A stretch of 64,000 nt of DNA from an uncultured virus (IMG/VR IMGVR_UViG_3300008262_006132) (lineage: Duplodnaviria; Heunggongvirae; Uroviricota; Caudoviricetes): the IMG/VR virus record IMGVR_UViG_3300008262_006132, positions 1 through 64,000 of that record. The stretch is one strand, 5' to 3'. Positions 64,000 through 64,000 of this stretch are shown in pieces. Below the pieces are notes generated by a model. It worked only from the letters and a program-made list of their open reading frames with translations, searched no databases and had not been told where the DNA came from. A program made the translations under genes and the position numbers. Numbering within the stretch: the stretch's first letter is position 1; every line of letters starts with the position of its first letter.

Positions 64000-64000
64000 T

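Overview
AT-rich, densely coding segment of a large myovirus-type (jumbo-like) phage genome, read in the standard genetic code with frequent strand switching. The host is most likely in Bacteroidota, based on TAnnTTTG promoters, lipoproteins, a T9SS-like C-terminal domain and host-like GroESL. It contains tRNA-Arg(UCU), host-like accessory genes (mgsA, groES/groEL, uvsE, purA, HU, IscA/HesB, guanylate-kinase-like, SET, 2OG-Fe(II) oxygenase, NT5C, flavoprotein, vWA), a 14-kb collagen-like/beta-rich fibre cluster followed by glycosyltransferases, and a baseplate module including a GH19-hub-amidase fusion. The strongest unexplained signals are: a ~295-nt promoter- and terminator-bounded intergenic RNA with two complementary loop pairs (10251-10546); a ~75-nt three-hairpin RNA with an anticodon-arm-like stem-loop (55467-55543); at least 12 unrelated proteins sharing a T4 capsid-targeting-like N-terminal peptide, some followed by a hidden signal peptide and cell-wall domain; three distinct promoter classes; and a shared C-terminal tag on small proteins. 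All calls come from reading motifs by eye; no database searches or folding programs were run.
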